DNA from: Eledone cirrhosa
Lineage: Eukaryota
Assembly: GCA_964016885.1 (NCBI GenBank)
Contig: OZ024751.1
Location: forward strand, 9,362,001-9,426,000
Length of the DNA: 64,000 nucleotides
Direction of reading: 5' to 3'
In this document: positions 14,475-29,370 of the stretch, piece by piece
How positions within the stretch are numbered: position 1 is the stretch's first letter
How the letters are laid out: every line of letters starts with the position of its first letter
Made by a program: the position numbers and the translations under genes
Notes under the pieces: generated by a model
Told to the model about the DNA's origin: nothing
Seen by the model: the letters and a program-made list of their open reading frames with translations, nothing else
Databases searched by the model: none

Positions 14475-14570
14475 TTGTTTCTACTTTTGGCACAAGGCCA
14501 GCAATTACCCAGTACATTACTGGTACTTTATTTTATGGACCCCGTAAGGATGAAAGGCAAAGTTAACCTT
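14475..14570 (-). mobile_element. CORE-type SINE 3' fragment
   Basis: Same family as 10377-10555. Confidence 0.85.
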
Positions 14571-14745
14571 GATGGTGATGATAATAATGATGATAATAAT
14601 GATAGGGAAGGTTTTGATGATGATGGGGATGATGGTCATGATGATGATTGTGATGAAGATGAAAATGGTTATGATGATGATGTTGGAGCTAATGGCGGTG
14701 GTGGGGAGGATTATGACGACGATGATAATAATGGGGACGACCATG
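14571..14745. repeat. Degenerate (GAT)n trinucleotide repeat
   Basis: Direct reading; explains the poly-D and poly-M ORFs. Confidence 0.85.
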
Positions 14746-15149
14746 CTATTGTAGAAAAAATTGATGTTAATAAAGAACTTCTGGGTTAATGTCACGAGAA
14801 GGTGATCTTAGCCACGAGGGAAAGATGGCCACAGATTTGATGAATAGGGTTTGAAGGCAAGTGAGAGCTGCATTGTTTAAATATAATTTGGTTTGGATTT
14901 GAATTATTTTGAGTTAATTCAAAATGGTGTTCATGCTATTTCTTCATTAAACTTTCAAATAGTTGTTCCTAATTAACTTGGAATTAATTTTTTTTTTCGA
15001 ATCCTAATCGTTTAGTCAATATTAGTCATGTCTTTTATTTTTTTGTATAAAAACTGACGCCATAACATTCTTCCATGATTCTATGATACAGTGACAAGTC
15101 CTGAAACAAAATGGATACAAACACCACGTCAATAATATTCCTCTGCTTG

Positions 15150-15520
15150 TTCTCCGCCCACTTATTCCTGAGAGGGCCATGAGGGTAGACTCCTAACGGG
15201 TCCTTCAGAAGCAAACTCTCCAACAGGATTTCCAAGCGTGACCAGGCCACCTTTGTGGGTGTTATCTAACCATCTTGCTCGGGGTATACCACTGGGTCTC
15301 TTTCCGGTTGATTTTACCTGTAAAATATGTACAGCGATTTTTTTCTGCGACATTCTAAGCACCTGCCCATAGTATCGGAGGTCTGACCTCTCAATTCGGA
15401 GAAGTAGCCACTCTAAATGAAGCGACTATCTGATCACCGATCTATGCTCTTTATCGAGTAATGTTATTCCAAAGACACTTCCGAGGAATCCCATTTCCGC
15501 CACTTGTATTCGAATCGTAT
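15150..15520 (-). pseudogene. RTE-like LINE 3' relic
   Basis: LRYYGQVLRM...GKRPSGIPRARWLD motif. Confidence 0.65.
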
Positions 15521-16771
15521 TCTTTCGGATATTACACAAGATTTATCACCATAGGTAATGTTTGGCACAAATACCGAATTGAAGATAACGAGTTTCGCCT
15601 TGTATTTTTTTTCTACAAAAAAGATTTTATAGAAATCGTAGGTTTATGGAAGGGCCTTTCTCTGGATTGTACTACGATAGTACTTAATCCCATCCCCATT
15701 TTAAACTCCGCAACTCCAAATGTTCACTCATGCAGATTTTGTAGGAAAGGTCACATTACATTAGTGCCATCTTTTCTATATTCGCAGAAAGAGATGAACT
15801 ACATTCAAAATAAATAAATCATTTTATAAATATGTGTTCTAATGCAGCATATTTCAAGCTAATCTTTATTTACAAGAGGCATGTTAGCATAAATGTTGTC
15901 ATTCTAAGAAAAGACATCAATATTTCAAATAACGTGACATTTTATTTCAGATTTCTACTCATTATTTCGTAGTACTGTTCAGAGAGGCTATTATTTAAGC
16001 ATTTGGTTTACTATATCTCTCAGTGCCAATGAAAATGTTCAGTTTAAAATACTTGTCGCTAACAATATGTTTGATGTGTCTATCAATTGTCAGAAAGTTT
16101 GGAATATTGGTAGAAACTGAAAGACAATAAAAACAACGATGATAGAAAATTACAGTGAAGCATCATAATGTATAGATCTCCTTCACAAAATGACAATGTA
16201 TATTTGAAATTGAGGCATCACCTTTCACGTTTTATTAACGTCATGTCCAATAAAACGATTCCTACACTACAAATTAGAATTTCAATCACACAAATTCAGT
16301 ATTTTTTCTTTTTGTCAGTTAATTGGTTTTAACTCTTGTTTTATCTCCGTGTGTTTAAGTTTTATCAATACATTCTATGTTGTTGTCGTAGTTGCTGTTT
16401 TTGTCATATTTGTACTTGCCGACTGTGACGAGAAGCAGATTATTTGTATTCAAATTAATAAATATTATAAATATGATAATATCTTCAACATATACAGCTG
16501 GATCAATATTTTCTAATTTACAATTTACTAATGTGATCAAAAGTGATACACAGCAGATTTCATTATAACACTTAATCTTCTTCCTTCCATTTAGAAACAG
16601 GACCATATGCCACTATTCCCATGCTTGTTAGCTCCGGAAAAATCTCTTAAACCTATATTGTGTTCTAGGCCAAATGAAATACCAATAGATTACACTACAC
16701 TTAGTGACGTATCGTATATGCTGTTCAGCAATAGAAGTTGATTAAGAATATCTCAAAGCAATATAAACTTA

Positions 16772-16861
<90 letters not shown>

Positions 16862-16957
16862 ATATTAACAAATGGAAACTATTTATAAAACCATATTTAT
16901 TTAATTATACATATTTCAAGGGCCACCAAGGCAAACTATGGTGCGCCTTCATGAGAT

Positions 16958-17012
<55 letters not shown>

Positions 17013-17119
17013 CCAGGGAGTGTAACTTGGAGTTACTGTAGGTTCACCCGGGTGAGCACTGGATGTTTAGGTTCACATATGTGTCGATGTGTAGAGCTAG
17101 CCAGAGTGTATTATAGTAA

Positions 17120-18207
17120 AATAAAACAAGGACAATTGCTTACCTTCATTACATTTATTGGTTAGTAACGCGCGTTTCGCCACTGATCAGCTCAAGGTTC
17201 GATCTGTATCGATCTAGCCCGTCTCCATCACCACCTCCAAACACATCACCATACATCCACAACCATCAACATCACCAACACCTTCTCCGCCCAGACATTC
17301 GGCCATGTGCCAAGGAGAAACCCTAGCTCAAACTCAACATAGGGATAATCACCAATACCTTACCACACCATCTCTCATTTCAGTACAATTGTTTTCTCTG
17401 TCATATTTTAACTTGTAGCCTATTCGATCCTGTAAATATCATGTCGCACCCATCACCCCACCACCACCAAACACATCACTATACATCCACAACCATCAAT
17501 CTCACCAACACATGCCACACCTAACATCCCACCCTAAACACCACATGTGTGTGTGTCTGTGTGTACGTATGTTTGTGCACTCGCCCACACCAGGTGCCCC
17601 CACAGGCATATATATATATATATACACATGTATATGTATATAATATGTCTGTCTGGCTGCGTGTATATGTGTATCTATATGCTTTTACATACACTCTGAT
17701 CATTAACTCCTTACAACATGAGTCGCCTTAACAATCCACTACACGCCCCACCCTAGACACCGCACAATTTCATCCAGTATCATAATCACATCACCACCAC
17801 ACCCCACACAAAGTTCAGACCTATCTACATACCAAACCGTCTAGCGACAATCAGCACCCCTGCGTCTCCACCCACTTCAACCTACGCCCCATACCACCAA
17901 TTTACCCCCCCCCCCCCCACCCCCACCTACACTACAGGTAAAAATATTCCTCTGAATTAACCCGCCAATCAAAAGAAATTTCACTGACCACCATGAATAT
18001 ATATATATACATGGTGGCCAGGAATATCAGACCTTCTAAAACGCCATGTATAATCATTTTTTCATTACCATTATAATGGGTCTGACGAGCCGTGGATTAA
18101 AGAGTCGAGCTAGATCGATACAGATCGAACCTTGAGCTGATCAGTGGTGAAACGCGCGTCACCAACCAATAAACGTAATGAAAGTAGCCAATCGTCCTGG
18201 TTTTATT
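17120..18207 (+). mobile_element. Non-coding PLE-type element with inverted terminal segment and HHR
   Basis: 17120-17221 is inverted relative to 18106-18207; CA-rich interior with a ~60 bp direct repeat; (AT)n nearby on both sides. Confidence 0.7.
18077..18165 (+). ncRNA. Type I HHR with ~60 nt extended stem II
   Basis: ggt CTGACGA gccgtggatta...tgatcagtggt GAAA cgcgcg TC acc. Confidence 0.7.
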
Positions 18208-18284
18208 TTAATATATATATGCATATATATACATATGTATATATACATATACAAATATATATATATATGTATATACATATATAA

Positions 18285-18838
18285 ATGGTGGCTGCCAACT
18301 CGTTTTCGAGTATGGCCACTACTTTATATCCATGTAGGAGAATCCCTACCGATGCGCTGAACAAGTGTGTCTTTTTACTCCAGCCAGCGACTTGAAAACT
18401 CTGGTACAAACACTACACTTGTGACAATTATTGACACATAGTGCTGGGCCCATGGTGCCATGTGATGACAAGTGCAGAGAGATCTCCAGATATAAAGCAA
18501 TACCTCTGCCGTGAAACTTTTATATTGAGCAAAGGCACTGCACAGAGCCAGTCCCACTCTCTTAACCAAGATGATATTTACCAAAAAGAAGAACAGGTCA
18601 ACATCATTGGATACCATCGGGGTTGCAGGTGTTATATCAGAGTTTTCCTTCTCCTAGAATTCTGCCTGGACAAAAAGACTCTGGGGTCATCTCCTCCGGT
18701 GATTTTGGATGGCCATTGACGCTTAAGAGCTCCTTTGCCCTTCTACAGGTTTTGTTTTTAATCCTGCAGGATGTCCAAAGTCACCCTCCTCACCAAGAAA
18801 CCTTGGTGGGGTTGCCAGTTTAGTCGCCAACGACCCGA
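18285..18838. repeat. Unclassified dispersed repeat between (AT)n tracts
   Basis: Close copy at 55784-56195 (atggtggctgccaactcgttttc...). Confidence 0.8.
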
Positions 18839-18897
18839 CACATATATATATATACATATATATATATACATATATATATATACATATATATATATAC

Positions 18898-19596
<699 letters not shown>

Positions 19597-19613
19597 TACA
19601 TATATATACGTAT

Positions 19614-19652
<39 letters not shown>

Positions 19653-19669
19653 TATATACATACACATAT

Positions 19670-19765
<96 letters not shown>

Positions 19766-19785
19766 AATTATATATATATATATAC

Positions 19786-20290
19786 AATCAAGGTTTAGCA
19801 AATAGAGACAAAGTTTTAAAATAAATTTTAAAAAGTTCGCTGTACTTACTATATGTGCCTTTAACGCGGTTTCCAATCCCAAAATAAACAGATAATCCAA
19901 GTAGGAACACATATTTTTTATTATTATTCACCCCTAAGGTTGAGAAATCTTTTGGTCGTTTGAACTGATACTATTTTTAGTAGCAGGATATTGACCTGTC
20001 CGCCCTGATTTCTGTCTTTACACACGGCACTAGACAGAATTGTTTCTTTCCTCATTCACTGTCATTCGGGAACTGTTTTGTTTGGCGCCAGTTTCTTATT
20101 TGAACTCGAGAATTTTAATTTCTCCGAGCGAGAAAAGCCTTCTGACGAAAATCTCTTTCTAAATGGAAAGCCGCTTGGATTATCTGTTTATTTTGGGATT
20201 GGAAACCGCGATAAAGGCACATATAGTAAGTACAGCGAACTTTTTAAAATTTATCTTTAAACTTTTTCTCTATTTGCTAAACCTTGATTT
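19786..20290 (+). mobile_element. PLE-type terminus with inverted segment
   Basis: 19786-19901 inverted vs 20174-20290. Confidence 0.8.
20137..20218 (+). ncRNA. Type I HHR with extended stem II
   Basis: gcctt CTGACGA aaatctc...gggattg GAAA ccgcga TA aaggc (stem I gcctt/aaggc). Confidence 0.7.
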
Positions 20291-20425
20291 TATATGTTCT
20301 GGCTTGTTAATTTATTAACCTACCATAGAACCGCATTGGCATACGGTTGGACAAAACTTGTATCCATATATGTATTTTTTACATGTAGGAACAAATACTT
20401 TTATTATATATATATATATATATAT

Positions 20426-20461
<36 letters not shown>

Positions 20462-20464
20462 CAA

Positions 20465-20725
20465 AGCGAAAATATTAATGAAAGAGAACCAAGCCGTTAA
20501 AACACATTTATAAAACACTCTTACATATGTTTCGCCCAATGGGGCTCTTCTGCCTTTATAATTGCCTCAGAAGAGTCCCATTGGGCGAAATATAGGTAAG
20601 AGCATTTTATAAATGTGTTTTAACGGCTTGCTTCTCTATCAACCACCGCCCGTATAAGGTGATAAGCTAAAATATTAATGAAAGAGAAGCAAGCCGTTAA
20701 AACACATTTATAAAAGGCTCTTACA
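20465..20725. mobile_element. Fold-back of PLE-type terminus with decayed HHR-like motif (three alternating segments)
   Basis: cagaaga gcccc att gggc GAAA catatg TA agag on both strands; related sequence at 60209-60290. Confidence 0.6.
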
Positions 20726-20741
20726 AATATATATATAGGTG

Positions 20742-20781
<40 letters not shown>

Positions 20782-20784
20782 CAC

Positions 20785-20860
<76 letters not shown>

Positions 20861-20932
20861 CATATATATATACATATATACATATATACATATATACGTA
20901 TATATATATGAATATATATATATATATATTAT

Positions 20933-20963
<31 letters not shown>

Positions 20964-21060
20964 TACTATATATAAATATATATATTCTATATATAAATAT
21001 ATATATATACGATATATAAATATATATATATACATATATATATATAACCCTAACCCTAAT

Positions 21061-21235
21061 CTTCCGTCTCAACTCTACTTTTGAAAAGCAGAGGAACTGC
21101 GAAACCGGTAAAGGAACCAAATAAATATATATATTTTTTAAATTAAAACTCCAGTTGCATTTTCAATTTCATATTTTTTCTTTATACTTTCACTCGGTTA
21201 TTTTTCATTTTGTAAAAATAACCTCACTTTCTAAT
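21061..21235 (+). mobile_element. Short PLE-type terminus family carrying U3-A8 HHR
   Basis: Copies at 22024-22378 (palindromic pair) and 28651-28866. Confidence 0.75.
21078..21113 (+). ncRNA. HHR core variant UUGAAAA (U3-A8)
   Basis: ctt TTGAAAA gcag aggaa ctgc GAAA ccgg TA aag. Confidence 0.65.
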
Positions 21236-21348
21236 ATATATATATATACTATATATAAATATATACATATATATATATATATATTCTATATATAGATATA
21301 GATATATATACTATATATAGATATAGATATATATACGTGCGTGTGTGT

Positions 21349-21502
<154 letters not shown>

Positions 21503-21729
21503 GTGCGTGTGCCTATGTATGTATCCACGTTTCTAATAAATAAATCATACACAATAGCGAACACGGACAGATTTGCAACAGATGTCAACATGATTGGGCC
21601 TGTTATTTTTATTAAATACATTTTTTCAAATTCAAACCCTCCCTTCCCGTCAATCTCTCTTATTTTTCATTCTTTCTTCAGATGAATGATTAGCTTCTGA
21701 AATGTTATATACATATATACATACATTCC

Positions 21730-21792
<63 letters not shown>

Positions 21793-21873
21793 TATATATG
21801 TATATATATATATATGTACATATATATATAGATATTATGGGTATATAGTATGTATATATATATACGGTATGTG

Positions 21874-21909
<36 letters not shown>

Positions 21910-21942
21910 TATGTATATACTTACTATATATATATATATACT

Positions 21943-21978
<36 letters not shown>

Positions 21979-22023
21979 GCTATATATATTATATATATAT
22001 ATATACATACTATATATATATAT

Positions 22024-22378
22024 AAAGAAAAAAAGATGAAATCGAAAACGAACTGGAGTCTTATTTTTTTTTTAAATATATGTATTTATTTGGTTCCTTT
22101 ACCGGTTTCGCAGTTATTCTGCTTTTCAAAAGTAGAGTTGAGATGGAGGGTCTTTGGTTTTTCTCACATCTGAGAAAAACCACAGACCCTCCATCTCAAC
22201 TCTACTTTTGAAAAGCAGAAGAACTGCGAAACAGGTAAAGGAACCAAATAAATATATATATATTTTTTAAAATAAGACTCCAGTTGCATTTTCGATTTCA
22301 TCATTTTTTCTTTATACTTTCACTCGTGTAGGACACCTCGGTTATTTTTCATTTTGTAAAAAAACCATCACTTTCTAA
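22024..22378. mobile_element. Head-to-head palindrome of the U3-A8 HHR family (centre ~22169)
   Basis: ttctca catc tgagaa centre; HHRs at 22097-22132 (-) and 22205-22240 (+). Confidence 0.8.
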
Positions 22379-22480
22379 TATATATATATATATATATACT
22401 ATATATATATATACTATAAATATACATACTATGTATATATATATATATATATATATATACTATATATATATATATATACA

Positions 22481-22522
<42 letters not shown>

Positions 22523-22569
22523 GTATATATATACTATATATATACTTACTATATATATACATATACATA

Positions 22570-22625
<56 letters not shown>

Positions 22626-22821
22626 TATATATATATGCATGTATATACATTCTATATATATACATACCATATATATATATATATATATACCTACTATATA
22701 TATGCATACTATATATATACATATATATATATACATACTATATGTATGTGTATATATATATATATACATACTATATATATATATATGCATACTATATATA
22801 TACATATATATACATACTATA

Positions 22822-22895
<74 letters not shown>

Positions 22896-22916
22896 TACTA
22901 TATATATATATATGCA

Positions 22917-22953
<37 letters not shown>

Positions 22954-22980
22954 CTATATATGTATATATATGTATATATA

Positions 22981-25715
22981 TTATACTTGGGGAGGGTCAT
23001 ATTTGTGTAGTAATATTGCCAGAATTAATAACAGAACATACTCACTGTTTGGTTGGTTTTTGCTTCTGTGTCTTTTATATCGGTTAATTTAATTTATTCG
23101 GTCCTCAATGTTACCATTGACTGACCAACGGTCAAAAATACGGATACAATATAGACACAAACACATATATATAGTCTAACAAAGTTCTTTCGTTGCACAT
23201 CTGCAACATCGTCAGTGGTGCTATTATGTTTCCTCCGGTAGTATTGTATGTCTACGCCATCTTTATTTAGTCTGTTTATTTATTTATTTATTTGTTTGTT
23301 TTTGCCTCCTCACGCATGCGTTTGCGTGTGTGTATAGTGTTTTCTTTGATGTGTGTTCGTGTTTGGGTGACTGTGTATTGGTGATTCTATTCTATCTTAG
23401 TTTACTAGTGTGTCTTTATATGGGTTTGTTGTTATTATGCTTGTGTATGTATTTATTTATTTATTTATACTTCTCTTATTTGTTTGCGTGTTGTTGATAT
23501 TCTATTCATTTTTTATATTTTGTCTTGGCCTTGTAAGTTCTATTTCGCTGGCCTCTCTGATTCTCCTATCTGCTGGGTCATTTCTATGTTTAGATATTCT
23601 AATTTCTATGTTGTCTATGTTACCGTCGTGTTGTTGTCTGGCATGTTCGTACAGTACTGAACCGTTTTTCGTCGTTTTTGTTCCTCCCAGTGTTGTTCTA
23701 TCCTTTCACTTATGCTACGAGCTGTCTCGCCTATGTATGTTGTTGTCATGTTTCTGAAAGTACCCTCTCTACATCTTATGCTATAGACTACGTTTCTAGT
23801 TTTACAATTTATCCGGGGGTTTACTTTACATATAACACATTTCTTATTAGTACAGTCTGTTTTCTTAAAAGGGTAGGTTTTGCTGATCAGGGATTTTATG
23901 GTGGTTCCTGGCGTTTCTAACACCTTAATCTTTAAGTGGGTCTTTCTCAGGGCCTTTCTACACTGGTTAGCTAATTTCCCTCCAGGGGTAACGTCCACAA
24001 ACATGACACACTGGTATCTCTGGTTGTCGTACTATGAGGTGGCTTTCCCTATCTTATGTCTAGTCCTATCTAAGCTATTCCATGATTTGCTCCTGTATAA
24101 TGGGCAAATTCCTTTCATGTCCAGTTCTATGAGGGTCTTATACTTCTCCGTAGCTCCTTCGTATACGCTGATTCTGTCTCTTTGGTTGTAGCCAGAGAAC
24201 TGTATGCGGTTGATGAAGTGTTGGATGTGTCTTTCCATTTCTGTAGCCATGGGTTTAGCATAGTGTGAGTGCAGAATTTGGGCTCTCTCGTCTATAGTGT
24301 TAATCCAGAGTTCCGTGTCTAATACAGGTAGTCTATTGTTAGTGTGTTTGGAAGGGTAGTCGATAGTTACAGTTATACTCTGGTGTATGGAATTAGCTAT
24401 CTGCTGGATGTTTACGTTGTGCTACGTTCTAAATCAGACTTGTTAGTACTCTCTTGTGGGGATGTCCTTAATACTATATTGATGTCGTCTACTTAACGAG
24501 AGTACATGATGAGGTCTATAGAGCTCTCATCAAGGAGATCTTTGAGTCTCCTTTCCCACCATACCATGAAAAGTTTGGCAACGTCACCAGCTATGCTGAC
24601 GCCAATGGCTGCTCCCTCATTTTCGGTGTACATCTTCTCGTTGAATTTGAATGTGTGGCCTTTTAGGGTAGTTTTGATACTAGCCCCTATTGCATGTGCG
24701 ACCATTTTTCTTACCTGATCATTGTTTTGGGGGGTCCGTATAGCTTTGATCCACCCAAACCACCTTTTCCATGGGAGTCTTTTTTGCCATTGGGGTTATG
24801 GTGGGGGGGGGGTCTATCTCTTATGGGTCTACTGGGGCAGAGACGTCTAAGCTCATGGCTGTCTAGGTAGTCAGTGTCAAAGGTAAGTCTAATTAGGAGG
24901 CCCAGTTCGTCTGTGTCGACGCCGCAGAACTCCACCTCACTCTCAATGATCATTTCCACACATTTTCCACAGCAAAATCAATGTTAATGGATGGGTAAAG
25001 TGAGAACACATTCATACTGCCTATTATGCAGTTAGATAGGTTCCTGTTTGTGTTGCACTCACTGATTCTGTTAAGGAGGTCCCCTGTACTCTCACATACA
25101 TCTTGGGACATCTTGATAATGGGGCGTATAACCATTGAGAGGGAGTAGCAGATCCTATAGTTGCTGGCTTATAGCTAGCAACTACATGATTTCCTACTTG
25201 CTCTCCGCATACAGGTCTTGTTGGTTGTCCTGTTGGCGCGTCGTCGATTGTCTTGTGGTCTTTGCAGAGCCCATGCAAGGGTGGTAGGCCATTGTTAGAC
25301 GCCTGGAAGTTGTTGGTAGTGCGTCTGCTTGGCTTTAGAATGTCGGTCCACATCATCATGTGAGCGTTGAGGATTTTCTCTCTTCCATCATGTATTTGCT
25401 ATGCAATTTCACTCGCGTTGGTGATGTGGGGTTGCATAGCCTTGATGTAGTTCGGCATCCTACCGAACTTATCCGTGGGTAGACATACTACCTCACCATC
25501 TCTTGTGAGCTGCTTGAGGCTAACCAAGCCTTCTACAGGTTTCCTCCCAAGTTGTTGGACCTCTGGTTTGCTATGTCTCTTAGTATACCGGTCTACTATT
25601 CGTCTAATCTTATTTCTAAATATGGTGAACTGTGCCTCTGTCTCCTCATCTATTTGTTGTGGTATGCAAACCCTTTTATTAAAGGGTAACCTCGTAGGAT
25701 AGATATTACCCATCT
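22981..25715 (-). mobile_element. Penelope-like element, near full length, frameshifted (RT + GIY-YIG) with 3' terminal repeat
   Basis: GLCKDHK..PTRPVC; GSMNVFSLYPSI; GAAIGVSIAGDVAKLFM; YSR*VDDI; LPVLD; NVVYSIRC...YIGETARS..ER; HHR in 3' region. Confidence 0.9.
23178..23219 (-). ncRNA. Type I minimal HHR in PLE 3' region
   Basis: RC: acca CTGACGA t gttgca gatg tgcaac GAAA gaac TT tgtt (stem I has one mismatch). Confidence 0.65.
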
Positions 25716-26042
25716 TATATGTTATCTTATTTATATATATATTTATATAATTATTATTATTATGTAATAAACAACATAAGGCAATTATTCCATTTACCAG
25801 TGGTTTCTTAAAAGCAAAAGGTTTTGCTTTCAATCCTCAGAATGAAAAATCCTGGTTTGTTTATTGAATATGGATTCTAAAAACAAAAATGCAATCTATA
25901 TGAAAGTGAGGCTGGAAAAGGGAGAAGGAAAGGAAAAATAAAATAAAACTACACATGCAAACACACACAAAAAAACACAAAAGCATACTTACACACACAC
26001 ACATATATACACATATAATTGCACGCATACACATATACATAT

Positions 26043-26078
<36 letters not shown>

Positions 26079-26534
26079 AGCGTACACCTACACGCACATA
26101 CACATATATACACACATATACACATACATATATTCATTACATACACACACACACACACATATATACACACACACACACACACATACACACACACATATAT
26201 ATACACATGTACATATCCATACATATATATATATACATACATATACACATATATACACATATACATACACACACACACACACACATGCGTGTGTACAAGC
26301 CTACACATACACACACACATATATATACACACACATATACATACATTCACACAAACATACAACGTACATACATACACATTAGAGCACTCTTTTTTCCTGG
26401 ACTTTTCCGATGGAATTACTTCATTTATATATTTATATATATATATTTATATATATTTATATATTTATATATATATATATTATGTATATATATATATATA
26501 TATATAGATATATATATATAGAGAGAGAGATATG

Positions 26535-27078
26535 CTAAAATAGAACATAAAATAGAACCTAAGGGCAAATTAGAGTAAGAGAAATAAAAATAGAATCTAC
26601 ACACAGAAAAGACGCAATGTTTAGACAAATCACAGAGGCAATAAACATAAATGAACTCCAACCAAAATTACATAGAAAACATGAATGGAATAGCAACATC
26701 ACAACTTACAATTAAGGATAAAATGAAAACACACAGACACATAGAACAAACAAACAACCAGTAACATGTAAATAAATAAACAAATATAAACACACACAGA
26801 CACCCGGATGTAACGCATGCGCAAACTAAGCACACAACACACACAAAAACAAGATGGCGTAGGACAGAACAACGGAATGGGAAAAAACAAAGAAAAGAAT
26901 CCCCTGCCACTGAAGAGGTCACAGAATGTGTGACGAAAGAACTTTGAAAATATATGAATGCTGGCAATATTAATTCTGGCAATATTATTACACAAATATG
27001 ACCCTCCGCAAGTATAACAATATTTGTTTCGACACACGATTTTATATAAAAAACCTCGCAAAACTAATTCATCGCCGT
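26535..27078 (+). mobile_element. PLE terminal repeat (pLTR-like) with HHR at 26906-26948
   Basis: CTGAAGA ggtcacagaatgtgtgac GAAA gaac TT; near-copy at 54913-55470. Confidence 0.8.
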
Positions 27079-27195
27079 TATATATATATATATACATACT
27101 ATATATATACATACAATATATATATATATACATACTACATATATATATATACATACTATATATATATATATATACATACTATATATATATATGCA

Positions 27196-27332
<137 letters not shown>

Positions 27333-27434
27333 TATATATATACATACTATATATATATATATACATACTATGTATATATATATGTGCATACTATATATAT
27401 ATATATATACATACTATATATATAAATATATATA

Positions 27435-27525
<91 letters not shown>

Positions 27526-27743
27526 TGCATATATATATAGTATGTATATATATGTCCCAACGCTCTGATACTATCAACACTATAAACACAGAGCTGGCAT
27601 ATCTAAGAACTGACTAACTGCCTGATGAGGTCATAGCCATTCAATGGCTATCATCGATTAATATATATAGCCGTAAATAAAGGATTATGAGTTCATGCAA
27701 TTGACTTATATTTCGTCACTATATATATGTATATATATATATA

Positions 27744-27790
<47 letters not shown>

Positions 27791-27792
<2 letters not shown>

Positions 27793-28570
27793 GAATTAAT
27801 GACCTTTCCTCTTTATAGTTGTATATAGTGTATATGTAACTATAAATAATATTATATATATATATATATATAATATTATTTATAGTTACATATACACTAT
27901 ATACAACTATAAACAGGAAAGGTCAGTAATTCATTACTGCCTTATTACCAGTAAGAGAAATAGCTCAATGTAAATAAATCAGATGTTTTACAGAGCAGGA
28001 ATATAAATTACACAATAATCAAAACTATGTTCAAAACATTTTATTGCTGACAATCGTTTCTTCCAAACTTTCGTTTGGAGTCATCGGAGCACTAGCTAAG
28101 ATTGGATATATAATTATCTTCCTATCCAACTGAACAATCATATAGATACATGGATATTACTGTTGTCATAAACAGATCCATATTTACAGAGTGGAATGCA
28201 TGTGACAGAGAGTGCAAGAGAATAGTGTAATAATTAAAGAGGTATTAAGACAGAAAATTACTCGTCAAACGAGGACATTAGCAGTACATATACAAGCGTA
28301 TAGAGAGTGCAAATGCGTTAGGCATATACAGGACAGCAAGGTAGTAAACAAGCAATTGTACTAGGCATATATAATTACTGTATGCAAAGTCATATGTAAC
28401 TGCAAATGTCCTCGTTTTACAAGTAACTTTGATAGCTAATAATAACAATAATGGGTTATTATAATAGACTCCGGTGGTACAAATTGAATTTCAGCAGCTA
28501 CTAAATTCGCTAATTTCAAACCAACTTTATTCGACCCTACAATTCCATAATTCAACTTGAACCACCTGAG
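27791..28570 (-). mobile_element. PLE-type terminus with a 140 bp hairpin (27791-27933) and HHR
   Basis: Inverted repeat centred on (AT)n; HHR at 28045-28091. Confidence 0.6.
28045..28091 (-). ncRNA. Type I HHR (U4C core variant)
   Basis: RC: tgct CCGATGA c tccaaac gaaa gtttgga a GAAA cgattg TC agca. Confidence 0.7.
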
Positions 28571-28579
28571 TATATATAT

Positions 28580-28648
<69 letters not shown>

Positions 28649-28650
28649 AA

Positions 28651-28977
<327 letters not shown>

Positions 28978-29034
28978 TGTATGTATATATATATATATAA
29001 TACATACTATATATATATTTATATATATATATAA

Positions 29035-29158
29035 ATGGAAAAAATGAAATTTCATTTCTTCACTCTTAGTACGGCTGATACCTAAATATAAGCATGTATA
29101 CGTACATACATATATATATATACAGACGTACAGTAGTATGTATATACACACATACATG

Positions 29159-29217
<59 letters not shown>

Positions 29218-29319
29218 AGATCAAAAGATGGTTAAAGGAGTTCCATGTATTTTATTATGCGCATTTTAACGGTCTATTCATGTTTTAACGGTCTATTCTC
29301 CGATTATTTATTTTCCCAC

Positions 29320-29370
<51 letters not shown>

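Noticed and set aside
14475-14789. Acidic D/G-rich ORF
   Set aside because: Antisense SINE fragment fused to a (GAT)n repeat.
27618-27675. CTGATGA plus hairpin
   Set aside because: GAAA is replaced by GATT; at best a dead HHR relic.
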